This document shows, piece after piece, positions 62,188 to 64,000 of a DNA stretch of 64,000 nt. The position numbers and the translations under genes are program-made. The notes beneath the pieces were generated by a model, which did no database searches, was not told the origin of the DNA, and was given only the letters and a program-made list of their open reading frames with translations. The stretch lies in assembly GCA_030066985.1 (NCBI GenBank), contig JASJAN010000018.1:1742-65741 (forward strand), in the 5' to 3' direction. The DNA is from Desulfobacterales bacterium (GTDB lineage Bacteria; Desulfobacterota; Desulfobacteria; Desulfobacterales; JAHEIW01). Positions within the stretch are counted from its first letter, which is position 1. Each line of letters begins with the position of its first letter.

Positions 62188-64000
62188 ATGACCACAGAAA
62201 TCAAGCATTCCATCTGTTTTCGATGCAAACCACGCTGCCGTCTTGAACTGGAGGTGGAAGACAATCAGATTGTCAAAGTCAGCACCTCGCCCATCAAGAA
62301 ATGCCCGCGTAAATGGGCTTCTGATCTGGATCGGTTTTATCACCCCGATCGTCTGAATTATCCGCTCAAAAGAGTCGGTGAAAAAGGCGATAACAAGTGG
62401 CAACAGATCTCCTGGGATGAGGCCCTGGATGAAATTGCAGTCAAGTTGCAGTCCCTCAAGGACCAGTTTGGCGCTGAAACCCTCGGGGTAACAGCCGGCA
62501 CCAGCCGCAGTTATGAGGAACTCAACTCACGCTTTCTGAATCTTTTCGGCAGCCCCAATCAGTGTGGTCAGGCCCAGATTTGTCACGGTAATTCAGCAGT
62601 TGTTGCCACCACCCTTTTTGGCTGGTGGCCGTATTGGATGCACATCGAAAAACTGCAAAATACCCGTTGTGTGATGCTCATCGGACGCAATCCGCCCCAT
62701 TCTCACCAGACGATTTGGGAAGGTATTGAGGGTGCCAAAAAAAACGGTGCCAAACTGATTGTCATCGATCCCCGGCGATCCGAATCTGCCGAATCAGCCG
62801 ATTTATGGCTGCAGTTGCGACCGGGAACAGACTGCGCCCTGCTGCTGGGAATGATCAATGTTATTATCGAAGAAGACCTCTACGACAGGGAATTTGTCGC
62901 CCAGTGGTGCCATGGTTTCGATGAACTGGCGCAAAGGGCCAAAGAATATTCCTTGGATAAAGTAGCCGAAATTACCTGGGTGCCCGCCGACCAGATTCAG
63001 GCAGCTGCGCGCATGTTTGCCACCGAAACACCTTCGTGTGCCATGGAAGGCATGGGGGTGGCACATCAACCCAATTCCTACGGCGCCATCGCCGCACGCC
63101 ATATCATCTCCGCTATCGTCGGCAATGTAGATGTGCAGGGCGGAGAGGAGCTGCTGGGCCCGGCCCCATTTATCACCGAACATGAAATTGAAATGCCCGA
63201 GGCCCTGCCCATCGAGCAGCGCGAAAAAATTCTGGGCAGCCAATTTAAACTCTATTCCTGGCCCGGCTACGAAATGGTCCAGAGCAACGTGGAACGCGTC
63301 TGGGGCAAACGCTGCGATATGTTCGGCTATACCTGTATGGCCCCGGCCCCCTCGCTTTACAAAGCAATTGCGTACAGTGATCCTTACCCGGTGCGGGCAT
63401 TGATCACGCTGTCATCCAACCCGATGGTGACCATCCCCAACACCAAGCTGGTTCACAAAGCCCTTAAAAGTTTGGACCTGTATGTGGTGGTGGACTATTT
63501 TATGACCCCCAGTGCCCAGCTGGCAGACTATGTATTGCCCAGTGCCATGTGGCAGGAGCGCAATTTCTTATGGAATTTTCACAACACCACACCGGTTATT
63601 GTGTGCGGTGAAGCGGCCGTGCCACCCACCATAGAGGGCAAGCACGACCGGCGTGATGATTTTGACTTCTGGCGTGGTTTGGGCATTCGGCTGGGTCAGG
63701 AAGAGCACTGGCCGTGGGAAAATGTCGAAGCCTATTATGACTACCGCTTGGCACCCCTGGGATTGACATTCAGACAGATGGTCGAAAAAGGCCGCTGGGA
63801 GCCCGAACGCTGGGAATACAAAAAATATGAAAAAATGGGTGGATTCGGTACCCCCACCGGCAAGATCGAGCTGGCTTCGACCGTAATGGAAAAACTCGGT
63901 TTCGATCCCCTGCCCTACTATCAAGAGCCGCCTGAGAGTCCGATCCGAACGCCTGAGCTTTCTGAAAAGTACCCGTTGATCTTAATCACCGGCGGTCGCT
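62188..64000 (+). CDS. Molybdopterin (bis-MGD) oxidoreductase catalytic subunit, cytoplasmic type, C-terminus beyond window
   Basis: Absent from the ORF track because it is open at the window end. Manual translation from ATG 62188 (SD GGGGAGG) gives MTTEIKHSICFRCKPRCRLELEV...KKCPRKW (a CxxCxxxC...C FeS motif), then YHPDRLNYPLKR, LIVIDPRRSE, LRPGTDCALL and LILITGGR at the edge. No twin-arginine signal and no stop over 604 codons. Confidence 0.8.
   Translation, partial: MTTEIKHSICFRCKPRCRLELEVEDNQIVKVSTSPIKKCPRKWASDLDRFYHPDRLNYPLKRVGEKGDNKWQQISWDEALDEIAVKLQSLKDQFGAETLGVTAGTSRSYEELNSRFLNLFGSPNQCGQAQICHGNSAVVATTLFGWWPYWMHIEKLQNTRCVMLIGRNPPHSHQTIWEGIEGAKKNGAKLIVIDPRRSESAESADLWLQLRPGTDCALLLGMINVIIEEDLYDREFVAQWCHGFDELAQRAKEYSLDKVAEITWVPADQIQAAARMFATETPSCAMEGMGVAHQPNSYGAIAARHIISAIVGNVDVQGGEELLGPAPFITEHEIEMPEALPIEQREKILGSQFKLYSWPGYEMVQSNVERVWGKRCDMFGYTCMAPAPSLYKAIAYSDPYPVRALITLSSNPMVTIPNTKLVHKALKSLDLYVVVDYFMTPSAQLADYVLPSAMWQERNFLWNFHNTTPVIVCGEAAVPPTIEGKHDRRDDFDFWRGLGIRLGQEEHWPWENVEAYYDYRLAPLGLTFRQMVEKGRWEPERWEYKKYEKMGGFGTPTGKIELASTVMEKLGFDPLPYYQEPPESPIRTPELSEKYPLILITGGR

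Noticed and set aside
1-64000. Genomic island or mobile element
   Set aside because: I saw no integrase, transposase, tRNA attachment site or long terminal repeats. The repeat elements are short REP-like units.

Overview
This 64-kb window looks like it comes from a strictly anaerobic, Desulfobacterota-like degrader of aromatic compounds and amino acids. That placement is an inference from gene content: bamA/had, indolepyruvate:ferredoxin oxidoreductase, a radical-type 2-hydroxyacyl-CoA dehydratase with its activase, and IcmF. I call about 58 protein genes. I saw no rRNA, tRNA, CRISPR array, transposase or integrase. Two genes cut by the window edges are missing from the ORF track and were recovered by manual translation: an acyl-CoA ligase at 1-1253 (minus strand) and a molybdopterin oxidoreductase at 62188-64000 (plus strand).

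Main blocks:
1. 6319-16745: a nine-gene minus-strand locus. It holds an Fe3+/phosphonate-type ABC importer, four PLP enzymes, a D-2-hydroxyacid dehydrogenase and a PEP-mutase-family enzyme. That enzyme carries EDK-x5-TS instead of the usual EDK-x5-NS signature. This is my best candidate for an undescribed C-P (or C-S) catabolic route.
2. 16822-18444: an ArsR regulator with an ArsP-like permease.
3. 21357-24871: pqiABC with a split pqiA.
4. 24879-30050: meaB, a class IV aminotransferase, an acuA-like gene, then had-bamA of the lower benzoyl-CoA pathway.
5. 30342-36288: a beta-oxidation module (SDR, thiolase plus DUF35, and hydratases/dehydrogenase).
6. 36730-43853: iorAB, paaK, a ketopantoate-reductase-like gene, a dehydratase activase and a single dehydratase subunit.
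7. 44227-53445: CoA ligases, a nitrilase-family gene, a TetR regulator, icmF and a PNPOx-ferredoxin fusion.
8. 53606-56641: a TRAP transporter.
9. 56904-61886: a flavin-centred cluster with an archaeal-type riboflavin kinase, a UPF0261 protein and a DUF89 protein.

The three aromatic operons share a palindromic AGCTACAATGTAGCT-type motif, and two of them share an identical 14-mer over their -10 regions. Intergenic regions are rich in REP-like nested palindromes and short tandem repeats. All functional calls come from motif recognition by eye; no database search was possible.
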